Shown: positions 47,242 through 57,898 of the stretch, piece by piece | Numbering within the stretch: the stretch's first letter is position 1 | Layout: the number at the start of each line of letters is the position of its first letter | DNA from: a virus | Direction: 5' to 3' (one strand) | Virus record (IMG/VR): IMGVR_UViG_3300025872_000051 | Location: 12,162 to 76,161 of that record | Length of the DNA stretch: 64,000 nt | Notes under the pieces: generated by a model | The model's input: the letters and a program-made list of their open reading frames with translations, nothing else | The model's database searches: none | What the model was told of the DNA's origin: nothing | Made by a program: the position numbers and the translations under genes

Positions 47242-47477
47242 TGGACTTAGATATAGATAAGCAAATAAATCTTGGACATTTATTACTTGTTGATAGGAAA
47301 TGTAGAGTTTGTGGTGAGGTGAAAAATTTAATTGATGGATTTTATAGAACTCGTAAAGATAGAGGACCTGTCGCATCATCATATTCATATGAATGTAAAG
47401 AATGCACTGTAAATCGTATAACAAGTTCAAAAAAGAGAAATTTGAAGGGTATTAGTTGGGAATATCCTGATTGGTAA
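47241..47477 (+). CDS. zinc-finger protein
   Basis: CRVC...ECKEC. Confidence 0.7.
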   Translation: MDLDIDKQINLGHLLLVDRKCRVCGEVKNLIDGFYRTRKDRGPVASSYSYECKECTVNRITSSKKRNLKGISWEYPDW

Positions 47478-47559
47478 ACATTCACGTCACATTTCCCCTG
47501 TGTAAAGTGTGGTTTTAATAAATATTTTTTAGATAAACTGAGATTTTACGGAGAAAAAC

Positions 47560-49782
47560 ATGGCGACTCCTCAATTATCTCCCGGCGTACTCGTCAGAGA
47601 GGTTGACTTAACGGTAGGAAGAGCTGATAATGTTTTAGATAATATTGGTGCGATTGCTGGACCTTTTCCGATTGGACCCGTTAATTACCCAATTGATATT
47701 GCAACAGAACAAGATTTAATTAACGTATTCGGAAAACCACAATCTACCGATTCTCAATATGAGTATTGGATGAGTGCATCCTCATATCTTTCTTATGGAG
47801 GTGTTCTTAAAGTTGTAAGAACAGGAAGCACAAATTCGAGTGTTCTTATAAATGCAAACGCTGGTGTTGGTCAGTCAATAGATTCAACTCTAAGAATTGA
47901 AAATTATGACGATTATTTAGATAATCATGCGGACCTAGAAGGAAATAATTATACATTTGCCGCAAAGAATCCAGGTTCTTGGGCAAATAATATGAAGGTC
48001 TGCTTTATTGATGCTTATGCAGACCAAATAATTGGTATTAACACAACTAATCTTGCTGGACTTGGAGTTACTGTTGGATATGCAGTTACAACTTCATTAA
48101 ATGGAGTTACTATTGCTGGTTCAGGTTCAACATCAACCTTTACTGGTTATTTAAAAGGAATTATTACTGGGGTTAGAACTGATTCTACAAATGGAAACAG
48201 TTCTATAGATGTAAAAATAGTTTCAAGAGTTTCTTCTGGCGGAACAGAAACTATAATGGATTATGCTGAAAATTCAAATTATGCAGCATTTGAATTGAAT
48301 GATACAGTAAGCATTACCAATTCTTCTGGTACAGCAGTTTCTTCTGTTACAGTAGCATCCGTTCAAGATTGGTATGACAATCAAACATTAGGATTGACTA
48401 ATACTACTATTTTTTGGAAATCCATTGCACCTAAACCAAAATCTACAAGATATGCTTTAGATAGAAATGGTAGAAATGATGAACTTCATATTGTTGTGGT
48501 AGATGATCTTGGAACTATTACAGGTAATCAAGGAACTTTACTTGAAAAGCATACTGGTCTTTCAAAAGCGATTGACGCAGTTTCTGCGGTAAATTCTCCA
48601 CAGAAAATTTGGTATGAAAGATATATTGCGGATTTTTCATCTCAAATTTATGCTGGTTCAGATCCATCTTCTGCTACAGATTCTTATTGGGGAACAACTC
48701 CAAGAAAAACCGGATTTATTGGAACAGGTGCAACAGCATTTGCTCCAATTGGTACAGGTGATGATCTATGGGGAACAGAAGCACAAGACACATCATTTAG
48801 TGTAATAGGAAATAAAACTTACACTCTAACTGGTGGAATTGATTATTCTGCCTCAGGTGGAATGACCGCTACATTAGCAGATCTTCAAACTGGTTATAAT
48901 TTATTCTCAAATAAAGATGAAGTTCAGGTTGATTATCTAATCATGGGTCCTGGCCTTGGTGGCAGTGCAAGTGAACCATACGAATCTCAGGCAAAAGCAA
49001 GTTTCCTAATTTCTCTTGCAGAGCAAAGAAAGGATTGTGTGGCATGTATTGGTCCTCACAAAAATAGTTTAATTGGAATAACAAATACCACAACACAAAC
49101 TACAAATCTCATTAAGTACTTCAGTTCACTTCCTTCTTCATCATATGCAGTATTTGATAGTGGATATAAGTATACTTATGATAGATTCAATAACAAGTTT
49201 GTATATATTCCTTGTAATGCTGACGTTGCTGGTCTAATGTGCCGCACTAATATTATTGCATATCCTTGGTTCTCTCCTGCAGGTCAGCAAAGGGGCATTT
49301 TGAATAATGCCATTAAACTCGCATACAATCCAAATAAGGCACAAAGAGATCAACTTTATCCACAAAGGGTCAATGCGATTGTGACCCAACCTGGAATTGG
49401 AACTCTTCTCTTCGGAGATAAAACCGCTCTTGGTTATGCATCAGCATTTGATAGAATCAACGTTCGTCGCTTGTTCTTAACTGTTGAGCAAGCCCTTGCA
49501 AGATCGGCACAAGCACAACTCTTTGAACTCAACGATGAACTGACGAGAGCAAACTTTAAGAACATTGTTGAACCATATCTACGCGATGTTCAGGCAAAGA
49601 GAGGTCTTTATGGATTCCTAGTTGTTTGCGATAGTTCAAACAATACCCCAGATGTTATTGACAATAATGAATTTAGAGCAGACATTTATCTGAAACCAGC
49701 CAAATCTATTAACTATGTTACTCTTACATTCGTTGCAACTCGCACCGGAGTAAGTTTTGAAGAAGTTGCAGGTACTGTTTGA
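47560..49782 (+). CDS. gp18: tail sheath protein gp18
   Basis: SPGV.VREVDLT, PWFSPAG..RG, AFDRINVRRLF. Confidence 0.98.
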   Translation: MATPQLSPGVLVREVDLTVGRADNVLDNIGAIAGPFPIGPVNYPIDIATEQDLINVFGKPQSTDSQYEYWMSASSYLSYGGVLKVVRTGSTNSSVLINANAGVGQSIDSTLRIENYDDYLDNHADLEGNNYTFAAKNPGSWANNMKVCFIDAYADQIIGINTTNLAGLGVTVGYAVTTSLNGVTIAGSGSTSTFTGYLKGIITGVRTDSTNGNSSIDVKIVSRVSSGGTETIMDYAENSNYAAFELNDTVSITNSSGTAVSSVTVASVQDWYDNQTLGLTNTTIFWKSIAPKPKSTRYALDRNGRNDELHIVVVDDLGTITGNQGTLLEKHTGLSKAIDAVSAVNSPQKIWYERYIADFSSQIYAGSDPSSATDSYWGTTPRKTGFIGTGATAFAPIGTGDDLWGTEAQDTSFSVIGNKTYTLTGGIDYSASGGMTATLADLQTGYNLFSNKDEVQVDYLIMGPGLGGSASEPYESQAKASFLISLAEQRKDCVACIGPHKNSLIGITNTTTQTTNLIKYFSSLPSSSYAVFDSGYKYTYDRFNNKFVYIPCNADVAGLMCRTNIIAYPWFSPAGQQRGILNNAIKLAYNPNKAQRDQLYPQRVNAIVTQPGIGTLLFGDKTALGYASAFDRINVRRLFLTVEQALARSAQAQLFELNDELTRANFKNIVEPYLRDVQAKRGLYGFLVVCDSSNNTPDVIDNNEFRADIYLKPAKSINYVTLTFVATRTGVSFEEVAGTV

Positions 49783-49815
49783 TTTTTATTTTAAACAAAA
49801 AAGGAGGACCTAAAA

Positions 49816-50424
49816 ATGGCAGAATCAACGATCTCAAAATTTAAATCTACTCTTGTTGGTGGTGGTGCGAGACCCAATTTATTTGAAGTAACAATTCCGG
49901 GGGATATTCCCGGAGGTGGATCTTTAGGAGAATCATTCACTATTCTATGTAAAGCTGCTCAGTTACCTGCATCAAATGTTGCTTCCATTGACATTCCCTT
50001 TAGAGGAAGAACCTTCAAAGTAGCTGGAGAGCGTACTTTTGATCCTTGGACCATAACTGTTATTAACGATGAGAATTTTGCTATTAGAAGAGTTATGGAA
50101 GATTGGATGAATTACATTGCACAATATGCTGACGGTAGTGGTGCTACCACACCAACAGATTATATGGTCGATGCTTATGTGACTCAATTGAGAAGAACCG
50201 CATCATCCATTAGAGCTGCATCTGGAGAGGGTGGTGGATTAAGTACGACTGGACAAGATGCTGGAAGTAGTAATGAGGTTATTTACAAATTCAATTCTAT
50301 TTTCCCAACATCTATTTCTGCAATTGATCTTTCATATGACTCAGCAGATACAATTGAAGAATTTACTGTTGAATTCCAAGTTCAATACTGGACCCCAGCA
50401 TCTTCTTCTGACTTAGGAAAATAA
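49816..50424 (+). CDS. gp19: tail tube protein gp19
   Basis: GGARPNLFEV, FRGR..KVAG.RTF..WT.TV.ND, IEEFTV.F. Confidence 0.97.
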   Translation: MAESTISKFKSTLVGGGARPNLFEVTIPGDIPGGGSLGESFTILCKAAQLPASNVASIDIPFRGRTFKVAGERTFDPWTITVINDENFAIRRVMEDWMNYIAQYADGSGATTPTDYMVDAYVTQLRRTASSIRAASGEGGGLSTTGQDAGSSNEVIYKFNSIFPTSISAIDLSYDSADTIEEFTVEFQVQYWTPASSSDLGK

Positions 50425-50462
50425 TATAGGATAAATAGGGTAAAGACAAACTAAAATAAATT

Positions 50463-52154
50463 ATGGCAAGATTGTTTGGATTCTCTATTGATGATAACGA
50501 ACCATTATCTCCAAGTACGGTCAGTCCTGTTCCTCCAAATAATGAGGACGGTACTGACCACTACTTGAGTAGTGGTTTTTTTGGTTCTTACGTAGATATT
50601 GAGGGAGTTTATAGAACAGAATTTGACTTAATTAAAAGATACCGCGAAATGGCACTTCATCCAGAGTGTGATAGTGCAATTGAAGATATTGTAAATGAAG
50701 CTATTGTATCGGATACAAATGACAGTCCTATAGAAATTGAACTGTCTAATTTAAATGCAAGTGATGGTATTAAGAAAAAAATTAGGCAAGAGTTTAGGTA
50801 TATTCTTTCACTTTTAGATTTTGATAAAAAATCTCATGAAATTTATAGAAACTGGTACGTTGATGGTAGGCTTTATTATCATAAAGTAATTGATTTAAAG
50901 AATCCCCACGAAGGAATTCAAGAACTGCGTTACATAGATCCAATGAAGATGAGATATGTGAGGCAGCAAAAAAAGTCGGAAAAAGACAAATACAGGTTAT
51001 CAAATATCAATACAGACAATCCAATGGATTTTGAATTTCCTCAAATTGAGGAATATTTCATATACAATCCAAAAATGACATATCCAACAAATAATCCATC
51101 CTCTTTGGGTGGAACTGCTGGAATTAAAATGTCAAAGGATTCCATCACATATTGCACATCAGGACTTGTAGATAGAAATAAAGGATCAACTCTTTCTTAT
51201 CTTCACAAAGCAATTAAATCGCTCAATCAACTTAGAATGATTGAGGATTCTCTTGTTATTTACAGATTGTCTCGTGCTCCAGAAAGAAGAATTTTCTATA
51301 TTGATGTTGGTAATCTACCCAAGGTCAAGGCAGAGCAATATCTCCGCGATGTTATGATGCGTTATCGCAATAAACTTGTTTACGATGCCTCTACTGGAGA
51401 AATTCGTGACGATAAGAAATTTATGGCAATGCTTGAGGACTTCTGGCTTCCAAGAAGAGAAGGTGGTAGAGGTACAGAAATCTCCACTCTTCCTGGCGGA
51501 CAAAATCTTGGAGAAATTACTGATATTGAGTATTTTAAGAAAAAACTCTATCGTTCTCTAAATGTTCCCCCTTCAAGAATGGACGGAGAAGGTGGATTTA
51601 ATCTTGGACGTTCTTCTGAAATTCTTCGTGATGAGGTTAAGTTTAGCAAATTTGTTGCTCGTCTGAGAAAGAGATTCTCTTATATGTTCCACGATATGTT
51701 AAAAACCCAATTGATCCTTAAAAATATTATTACTCCAGAAGATTGGAGCATAATGGAAGAACATATTCAATATGATTTCCTTTATGATAATCATTTTGCC
51801 GAACTTAAGGACGCAGAACTACTCAATGAAAGATTGGGTATGGTTCAAATTGCAGAACCTTATGTTGGTAAATATTTTTCTCAAGATTATCTAAGAAGAA
51901 AGATTCTCCGTCAAACTGACGAAGAAATTATTGAACAAGATAAGTTGATTGAAAAAGAAATTAAGGATGGAGTTATTCCCGATCCAAATGCACAAGTAGA
52001 TCCAATGACTGGAATGCCAATGCAACCAGGAATGGAACAACAACCAGGAATGGGTATGGATCTTGGACAACCAGTAATGGAACCGGAAATTGATGCCACT
52101 GCCACAGAGCCAAGCACTAAGGCAGTAGAAATGCCCAAGGGTGGTGAGATATAA
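50463..52154 (+). CDS. gp20: portal vertex protein gp20
   Basis: YRLSRAPERRIFYIDVGNLP, EDFWLPRREGGRGTEI.TLPG. Confidence 0.99.
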   Translation: MARLFGFSIDDNEPLSPSTVSPVPPNNEDGTDHYLSSGFFGSYVDIEGVYRTEFDLIKRYREMALHPECDSAIEDIVNEAIVSDTNDSPIEIELSNLNASDGIKKKIRQEFRYILSLLDFDKKSHEIYRNWYVDGRLYYHKVIDLKNPHEGIQELRYIDPMKMRYVRQQKKSEKDKYRLSNINTDNPMDFEFPQIEEYFIYNPKMTYPTNNPSSLGGTAGIKMSKDSITYCTSGLVDRNKGSTLSYLHKAIKSLNQLRMIEDSLVIYRLSRAPERRIFYIDVGNLPKVKAEQYLRDVMMRYRNKLVYDASTGEIRDDKKFMAMLEDFWLPRREGGRGTEISTLPGGQNLGEITDIEYFKKKLYRSLNVPPSRMDGEGGFNLGRSSEILRDEVKFSKFVARLRKRFSYMFHDMLKTQLILKNIITPEDWSIMEEHIQYDFLYDNHFAELKDAELLNERLGMVQIAEPYVGKYFSQDYLRRKILRQTDEEIIEQDKLIEKEIKDGVIPDPNAQVDPMTGMPMQPGMEQQPGMGMDLGQPVMEPEIDATATEPSTKAVEMPKGGEI

Positions 52155-52182
52155 ATAAAGAAAAACACTTTAGGTATTAAAA

Positions 52183-52344
52183 ATGGATGATCTTTTAGAT
52201 ATGATTGCTGCCGACGAATCTCCTTCTCAGGTTAGTGATAAGATTAAAGAACTTTTATTTGCAAAATCTGCAGAGAAAATTGAAGGTGTTAGACCCGAAG
52301 TAGCAGCAAGTATGTTTGGTTATTCAACCGAAGAAGAGGAATGA
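52183..52344 (+). CDS. small acidic prohead core-like protein (gp67 position)
   Basis: Manually read ORF after the late promoter TATAAATA at 52150. Confidence 0.6.
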   Translation: MDDLLDMIAADESPSQVSDKIKELLFAKSAEKIEGVRPEVAASMFGYSTEEEE

Positions 52345-52345
52345 A

Positions 52346-52666
52346 ATGAAATCTTTCAAGCAATTTATCTCAGAATCAGTTAATATTGCTGGCGATTTCA
52401 CAGGAAATCTTTATATTAATTCTCAACCAGAACAACCACAGCAAGTTGGTGAAGAATATGTTGCTGACGTAATGTGGCAAGGAAGTTTATACCGACTTGA
52501 ACTTATCACAAAGAGTGGAATTCCTTCACCAAGAGAACTTGGAGAGCAACTTCAATCCAATTATCCGGGAGCAGTTGTTCACCAAATCTATCCGGTTGTA
52601 GAAAAGAATTTAAACATTAAAAACGCACAAAGATACCACCCATCAAAATTAGAATGGATTGACTGA
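52346..52666 (+). CDS. protein with a capsid-targeting-like N-terminus
   Basis: MKSFKQFISE start. Confidence 0.7.
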   Translation: MKSFKQFISESVNIAGDFTGNLYINSQPEQPQQVGEEYVADVMWQGSLYRLELITKSGIPSPRELGEQLQSNYPGAVVHQIYPVVEKNLNIKNAQRYHPSKLEWID

Positions 52667-52669
52667 TAA

Positions 52670-54100
52670 ATGGCTCAGTGGAATATAACTACTCAAGATT
52701 ATTTAAATCAAGAAAGATCTTTATTTGAAGTTGTAGGTGTTGCATCAAGTGACGGGCAAATAATTAGTGCTAAAAATCCATTTCCGGTTACTGGAACTGT
52801 TGGAATTTCATCAGAAACTCTTGTAACTATAAATCCAGACACAAATGCAGTTGATGCATTTGGAAGAAACAGAGTTTCTGAACTTTTTACTCTTGGTGAT
52901 TATAAGCACCTATACGCTATTGATCCAAACTTTTTAGATAGTCTTTCTGGGGCTGGTTCATCAGTATCATTTTTATCCAATCAAGCAGCAGCAAGATTGC
53001 AAACTGGTATTGGTTCTACCGCATCAGTTATTCATCAAACAAAATTTTATCATCATTATCAACCAGGAAAAGGGCAATTAATTTTTAGTTCCTTTAACTT
53101 TTATGCACCTCAACAGAATGCAACTAAAAGATCTGGATATTTTGATGATAGGAATGGAATTTATTTTGAACAAGTTGGAGTTAACACTTCAAATGGAGTA
53201 AATCCTGGTATTGGAACACACAATTGGGTAATAAGAACTTTTACAAGTAATGTAGCAACAGAAACACGAATTCCACAATCGCAATGGAATAGGGATAAAT
53301 GTGATGGAACCGGAGATTCTGGATTTAATTTAGATATTACAAAAACTCAATTAGCATTTATAGATTTTCAATGGTTAGGTGTTGGACGAGTTCGTTGTGG
53401 TTTTGCTCACGATGGACAACTTATCACAGCACACGAATTTTTTCATTCAAATAATTTAGATAAGGTTTATATTTCAAATCCAAACTTACCAGTTCGTTGC
53501 GAAATTAGAAACACTGGTGTAGGAATTGGAGCATCATTTGATCAAATTTGTTCTTCTGTGATGTCTGAAGGTGGGTACATAGAAAGTGGAATTGATTTTG
53601 CATATACGATGACTTCTACAAGAACAACCCCAACTCCTGCGGGAACAGAACTACCTTTGATTGCCATTCGTCTTAAAAATTCTTTTCAAGGATATCCAAA
53701 CAGAATTTCAGTAAAATTAAATAATCTTTCATTATATTGCGAAAATAATAGTATTCTTTATAGAGTTGTAAAACTTCCAAGTTCTGCATATTTAAGTAAT
53801 GCAGGGACTTTAAGTTGGAATTCTGCTTCCAATAATAGTGGAGTTGAATATTGTATCGATGCTACAAATTATAGTGACGGCGATGAGTTTGCATCAGGTT
53901 ATGTTCCTTCTGGATCATCACAAAACTCACTTTCTCCAGTTGCGTCTGGTACATTAAGTGCTGCAAAGAAAAACATTATTGTTCAAAATATAGATTCAAC
54001 AAGTTCTGAAATTTATGTGCTTGTTGTAAGAACTATTACAACCGCAGGTAATGCCACAGCAAACGTTGCTGCTGCACTCCAATGGAGAGAGATTTATTAA
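52670..54100 (+). CDS. beta-rich putative virion protein
   Basis: DAFGR.RVS..., YQPGK, IDFQWLGVGRVR; lies in the late head cluster. Confidence 0.7.
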   Translation: MAQWNITTQDYLNQERSLFEVVGVASSDGQIISAKNPFPVTGTVGISSETLVTINPDTNAVDAFGRNRVSELFTLGDYKHLYAIDPNFLDSLSGAGSSVSFLSNQAAARLQTGIGSTASVIHQTKFYHHYQPGKGQLIFSSFNFYAPQQNATKRSGYFDDRNGIYFEQVGVNTSNGVNPGIGTHNWVIRTFTSNVATETRIPQSQWNRDKCDGTGDSGFNLDITKTQLAFIDFQWLGVGRVRCGFAHDGQLITAHEFFHSNNLDKVYISNPNLPVRCEIRNTGVGIGASFDQICSSVMSEGGYIESGIDFAYTMTSTRTTPTPAGTELPLIAIRLKNSFQGYPNRISVKLNNLSLYCENNSILYRVVKLPSSAYLSNAGTLSWNSASNNSGVEYCIDATNYSDGDEFASGYVPSGSSQNSLSPVASGTLSAAKKNIIVQNIDSTSSEIYVLVVRTITTAGNATANVAAALQWREIY

Positions 54101-54133
54101 TTTAATAAATAACTAATATTAATATCTCATAAA

Positions 54134-54403
54134 ATGCAAAGGACAAAAATATTTGGAACTGAAGTTGCTTTGCCAACAACAGCAGGTACTGCATCAAGTA
54201 TCAGTGAATCAACTTGTTTGAGATTATACAACGGTTCTGGTGGGGCAGCAACTGTCAGTATTTCGAGCACAGTTGGAGCAGCAGATACTGCAACTTTTAC
54301 TATGCCAAATGCTACGGTTGAATTTTTAGAGAAACCGGCATCTTATGTTGTTTGGGCATCAGCAAGTACAGTAAAAGCAGCAAAAGTAGGATTTACCAAC
54401 TAA
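54134..54403 (+). CDS. small putative virion protein
   Basis: ORF track; upstream late promoter at 54105. Confidence 0.7.
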   Translation: MQRTKIFGTEVALPTTAGTASSISESTCLRLYNGSGGAATVSISSTVGAADTATFTMPNATVEFLEKPASYVVWASASTVKAAKVGFTN

Positions 54404-54408
54404 GAAAA

Positions 54409-55062
54409 ATGAAACTAATCACAGAAGAAATTGAAAAGGTAGAAGTTATTGTTGAAGGAAAAGGTGCAGACAAAAAACTTTACATCCAAGGACCCTTTCT
54501 TCAAGCAGAATGTGTAAATCGCAATGGACGTATGTATCCAATGGCGATTATGGAGCGTGAAGTAAAACGTTACACAGAACAGTACGTTAATAAAGGTCGT
54601 GCTCTGGGAGAACTTGGTCATCCCGATGGTCCTACTGTCAATCTTGATAGAGTTTCTCATAAGATTGTTTCTCTCACCCAAGAGGGAAATAATTTTATCG
54701 GAAAAGCACAGATTCTTTCCACTCCAATGGGTAAGATTGCAGAATCACTTCTGAAAGAAGGTGTTTGTCTTGGAGTTTCTTCTCGCGGTATTGGGTCACT
54801 AAGAGAAAATATCAGAGGTGGTTATAAAGAAGTTGGTGAAGATTTTATGCTTGCAACTGCTGCAGATATTGTTGCCGATCCTTCTGCCCCTGATGCATTT
54901 GTTCAGGGAATTATGGAAGGTAAAGAATGGGTATGGGATGGTGGAATGCTAAGAGAGAAAAATGCAGAAAATGCTAAGCGTAGAATAGATAACTTAGTTG
55001 ACCAAAGAATTCTTGAAGATTATAAGTTATCTCTTTTTAATGAGTTCTTAAACTCATTGTAA
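54409..55062 (+). CDS. gp21: prohead protease gp21
   Basis: MKLITE start, NRNGR.YP, ALGELGHP, GVSSRG.GS, DIVADPSAPDA. Confidence 0.97.
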   Translation: MKLITEEIEKVEVIVEGKGADKKLYIQGPFLQAECVNRNGRMYPMAIMEREVKRYTEQYVNKGRALGELGHPDGPTVNLDRVSHKIVSLTQEGNNFIGKAQILSTPMGKIAESLLKEGVCLGVSSRGIGSLRENIRGGYKEVGEDFMLATAADIVADPSAPDAFVQGIMEGKEWVWDGGMLREKNAENAKRRIDNLVDQRILEDYKLSLFNEFLNSL

Positions 55063-55118
55063 TTTATTAAATTATAAATAAATATAGTTTATAACTAAAG
55101 GTTAAACGGAGAGTTCAA

Positions 55119-56294
55119 ATGTCTCGTGGAGATTTACAAGAAATGGAAGTAGGCACAAAGCAATCCAGAACCGCTGTCAATGCAAATGCAAAGGCAGGGG
55201 ACGCAATGCCACATTTAACGGGAAATATTCCTCCCGGTCAAACTGCAGGATGGGAAGATCTTGGTGGTCCTGATCCTTCTAACTATCGTCCAGATGATGA
55301 TTCAGCAAAACTCAAGACACCTGGAGCAACTCTTAAGCAGGTTAAGGATGTTGTCAATAAGGGTGCTAAGGCTGCGGATCCAATGAAAGGTCTTCATAAA
55401 GAAGAGGAAGAATTAGATGATGAGGATCTGATTGAAGAAGAGAATGAAGACGAAGAACTCGTAGAAGCGAAGAATAAGGAAGAGGAAGAGGGCGAAGAGG
55501 AGGAAGAGGAGGAAGAGGAAGAAGAAGGCGAAGAGGAAGAGGGTGGTAAGAAGAAGAAAATGGAAGAAGAGTTTGACATTGAAGAAGATGTTAATGCTCT
55601 TCTAGAAGGTGAAGAGCTTTCTGAGGAATTCCAAGAGAAAGCACGTACCATCTTTGAAGCTGCTATCCGTTCAAGAGTTTCTGATATTCAAGAAGCACTT
55701 GAAGAGCAGTATGCAGTTGCTCTTGCTGAGGAAGTTGAAGAAATCAAAACAGAACTCAGCGAGCGTGTAGATGCATACCTTGAGTATGTTGCTGACGAGT
55801 GGATTCAAGAAAATGCACTCGTTATTGAACAAGGTCTTAAGACCGAAATGACCGAATCATTCCTTGCCGGAATGAAGGGTCTTTTTGAAGAACATTATGT
55901 ATCAATCCCTGAAGATAAATATGATGTGCTTGAGAGCATGGTAGAAAAACTTGATGAAATGGAGACAAAACTCAACGAGCAGATTGAGAAGAATGTTTCC
56001 TTAAACAAGCGTCTTGCAGAGGCGGTTGCTGAGGGAATCTTTGAACAGGTCTCTGATGGTCTTGCAGACACTCAGAAAGACAAGCTCGCTTCACTTGCCG
56101 AAAGTGTTGAGTTTGAAAGTGAAACAGAATATCGTGAAAAACTGGAGACATTGAAGGAATCATATTTCCCTTCAAGAGTAGTTTCTCCTTCTACTAAAAC
56201 TGAAACTCTTTCAGAGGGTGTAGATGTTGATCCAGAACCAGTTTCGGATTCAATGGCTGCATACCTGAAAACTCTTTCAGCATTTAGTAAATAA
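55119..56294 (+). CDS. gp22: prohead core scaffold gp22
   Basis: LSEEF..KA.TIFEAA, D.YL.YV..EW..EN; very acidic. Confidence 0.95.
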   Translation: MSRGDLQEMEVGTKQSRTAVNANAKAGDAMPHLTGNIPPGQTAGWEDLGGPDPSNYRPDDDSAKLKTPGATLKQVKDVVNKGAKAADPMKGLHKEEEELDDEDLIEEENEDEELVEAKNKEEEEGEEEEEEEEEEEGEEEEGGKKKKMEEEFDIEEDVNALLEGEELSEEFQEKARTIFEAAIRSRVSDIQEALEEQYAVALAEEVEEIKTELSERVDAYLEYVADEWIQENALVIEQGLKTEMTESFLAGMKGLFEEHYVSIPEDKYDVLESMVEKLDEMETKLNEQIEKNVSLNKRLAEAVAEGIFEQVSDGLADTQKDKLASLAESVEFESETEYREKLETLKESYFPSRVVSPSTKTETLSEGVDVDPEPVSDSMAAYLKTLSAFSK

Positions 56295-56352
56295 TTGAAT
56301 TTAATATAATTCAAACCCAAAAAACAAACACTTAGTAAAAAGGTAAACGCAA

Positions 56353-57786
56353 ATGTTCCATTCAGAGCATCTGCAGGAAAAGTGGGCACCACTTCTGGAC
56401 TATCAGGGTCTTGATCCTATCAAAGATTCCCACAGAAGAGCTGTAACCGCAGTCCTGCTAGAGAACCAAGAAAGATTTTTAAGAGAAGAGTCAGCATTCA
56501 ATTCAGGTGGCATTGGCAACCTGATGGAAGCTCCAACCAACGCTACTGGTAGCACCGTAAGTGCTGCTGGTTTCGGTGGTAGTGCTGCTTCCGGCGGTCC
56601 TACTGCTGGTTTCGATCCAGTTCTGATTTCACTCATTCGTCGTTCAATGCCAAACCTGGTCGCTTATGACCTCGCTGGCGTTCAACCAATGAGCGGTCCT
56701 ACTGGACTCATTTTCGCAATGCGTTCCCGTTACACCAATCAGAACGGCACTGAAGCATTCTTCGATGAAGTAGATTCAGCATTCTCGGGACAAAATGCAG
56801 GATTCGGTAATACCGCATTTACTGACGCAAATGCTGGTATGGGAACCACTGCTCAAGGTGGAACCAATCCTTCAGTTCTGAACCCAGTTTCAACTGCAAC
56901 CTCGACCTCATATAACGTAGGTCAAGGTATGTATACCCAAGAGGCAGAAAACCTTGACGGTACAGGTGCCTCTGCATTCAATCAGATGGCATTCTCGATT
57001 GAGAAAGTCACTGTTACTGCTAAGAGCCGTGCTCTGAAAGCAGAATACAGCCTTGAGCTTGCTCAGGACCTGAAGGCAATCCACGGTCTGAATGCTGAAG
57101 CGGAACTCGCAAACATTCTCTCAACTGAGATTCTTGCTGAGATCAACCGCGAAGTTATTCGTACCATCTACAAGGTTGCTGAACAGGGTGCTGCACAAAA
57201 CGTTGCAACTCCTGGCGTATTTGACCTCGACGTTGACTCCAACGGTCGTTGGTCAGTTGAGAAGTTCAAGGGCCTTCTGTTCCAGATTGAGCGTGATGCT
57301 AACGCTATTGCTCAGAGAACTCGTAGAGGAAAGGGCAACATCATCATGTGCTCTGCTGACGTTGCTTCAGCACTGACCATGGCTGGCGTTCTCGACTACA
57401 CCCCTGCACTCAACGCTAACCTCCAGGTAGACGATACCGGCAACACCTTTGCTGGTACTCTAATGGGCAAATTCCGCGTCTACATTGACCCATATGCTGC
57501 TAACCTGACTGCAGGCAATGCTACTTCAGGTAACCAGTACTATGTTGTCGGTTATAAGGGTTCTTCTCCTTATGACGCTGGTATCTTCTATTGCCCATAT
57601 GTTCCTCTCCAAATGGTACGTGCCGTTGGCGAGAACAGCTTCCAGCCCAAGATTGGCTTTAAGACCCGTTATGGTCTTGTTGCCAACCCATTCGCTGAGG
57701 GTAATGTTAACAGCCAGGGTCTTGGTCGTCTCCAAGTCAACTCCAACCGTTATTACAGAAGAGTTGCGGTCAAAAATTTAATGTGA
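56353..57786 (+). CDS. gp23: major capsid protein gp23
   Basis: KWAPLL, GVQPM.GPTGLIFAMR, ELAQDLKAIHGL, YCPYVPL. Confidence 0.99.
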   Translation: MFHSEHLQEKWAPLLDYQGLDPIKDSHRRAVTAVLLENQERFLREESAFNSGGIGNLMEAPTNATGSTVSAAGFGGSAASGGPTAGFDPVLISLIRRSMPNLVAYDLAGVQPMSGPTGLIFAMRSRYTNQNGTEAFFDEVDSAFSGQNAGFGNTAFTDANAGMGTTAQGGTNPSVLNPVSTATSTSYNVGQGMYTQEAENLDGTGASAFNQMAFSIEKVTVTAKSRALKAEYSLELAQDLKAIHGLNAEAELANILSTEILAEINREVIRTIYKVAEQGAAQNVATPGVFDLDVDSNGRWSVEKFKGLLFQIERDANAIAQRTRRGKGNIIMCSADVASALTMAGVLDYTPALNANLQVDDTGNTFAGTLMGKFRVYIDPYAANLTAGNATSGNQYYVVGYKGSSPYDAGIFYCPYVPLQMVRAVGENSFQPKIGFKTRYGLVANPFAEGNVNSQGLGRLQVNSNRYYRRVAVKNLM

Positions 57787-57808
57787 CGATCTACCACACT
57801 AAACATCT

Positions 57809-57838
57809 AGGAGACCCCAAAAGGGTCTCCTTTTTTTT
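57809..57838 (+). terminator. intrinsic terminator after gp23
   Basis: AGGAGACCC-CAAAA-GGGTCTCCT followed by T7. Confidence 0.92.
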
Positions 57839-57898
57839 ATATAAGTATACTAAGAACTCAAGTAGGTGGGAAAGAGTTATCTAAATATTTAAAAAAAG

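Noticed and set aside
54352-54408. N-terminal extension of gp21 in the ORF track
   Set aside because: It overlaps the upstream gene; the canonical MKLITE start is at 54409.
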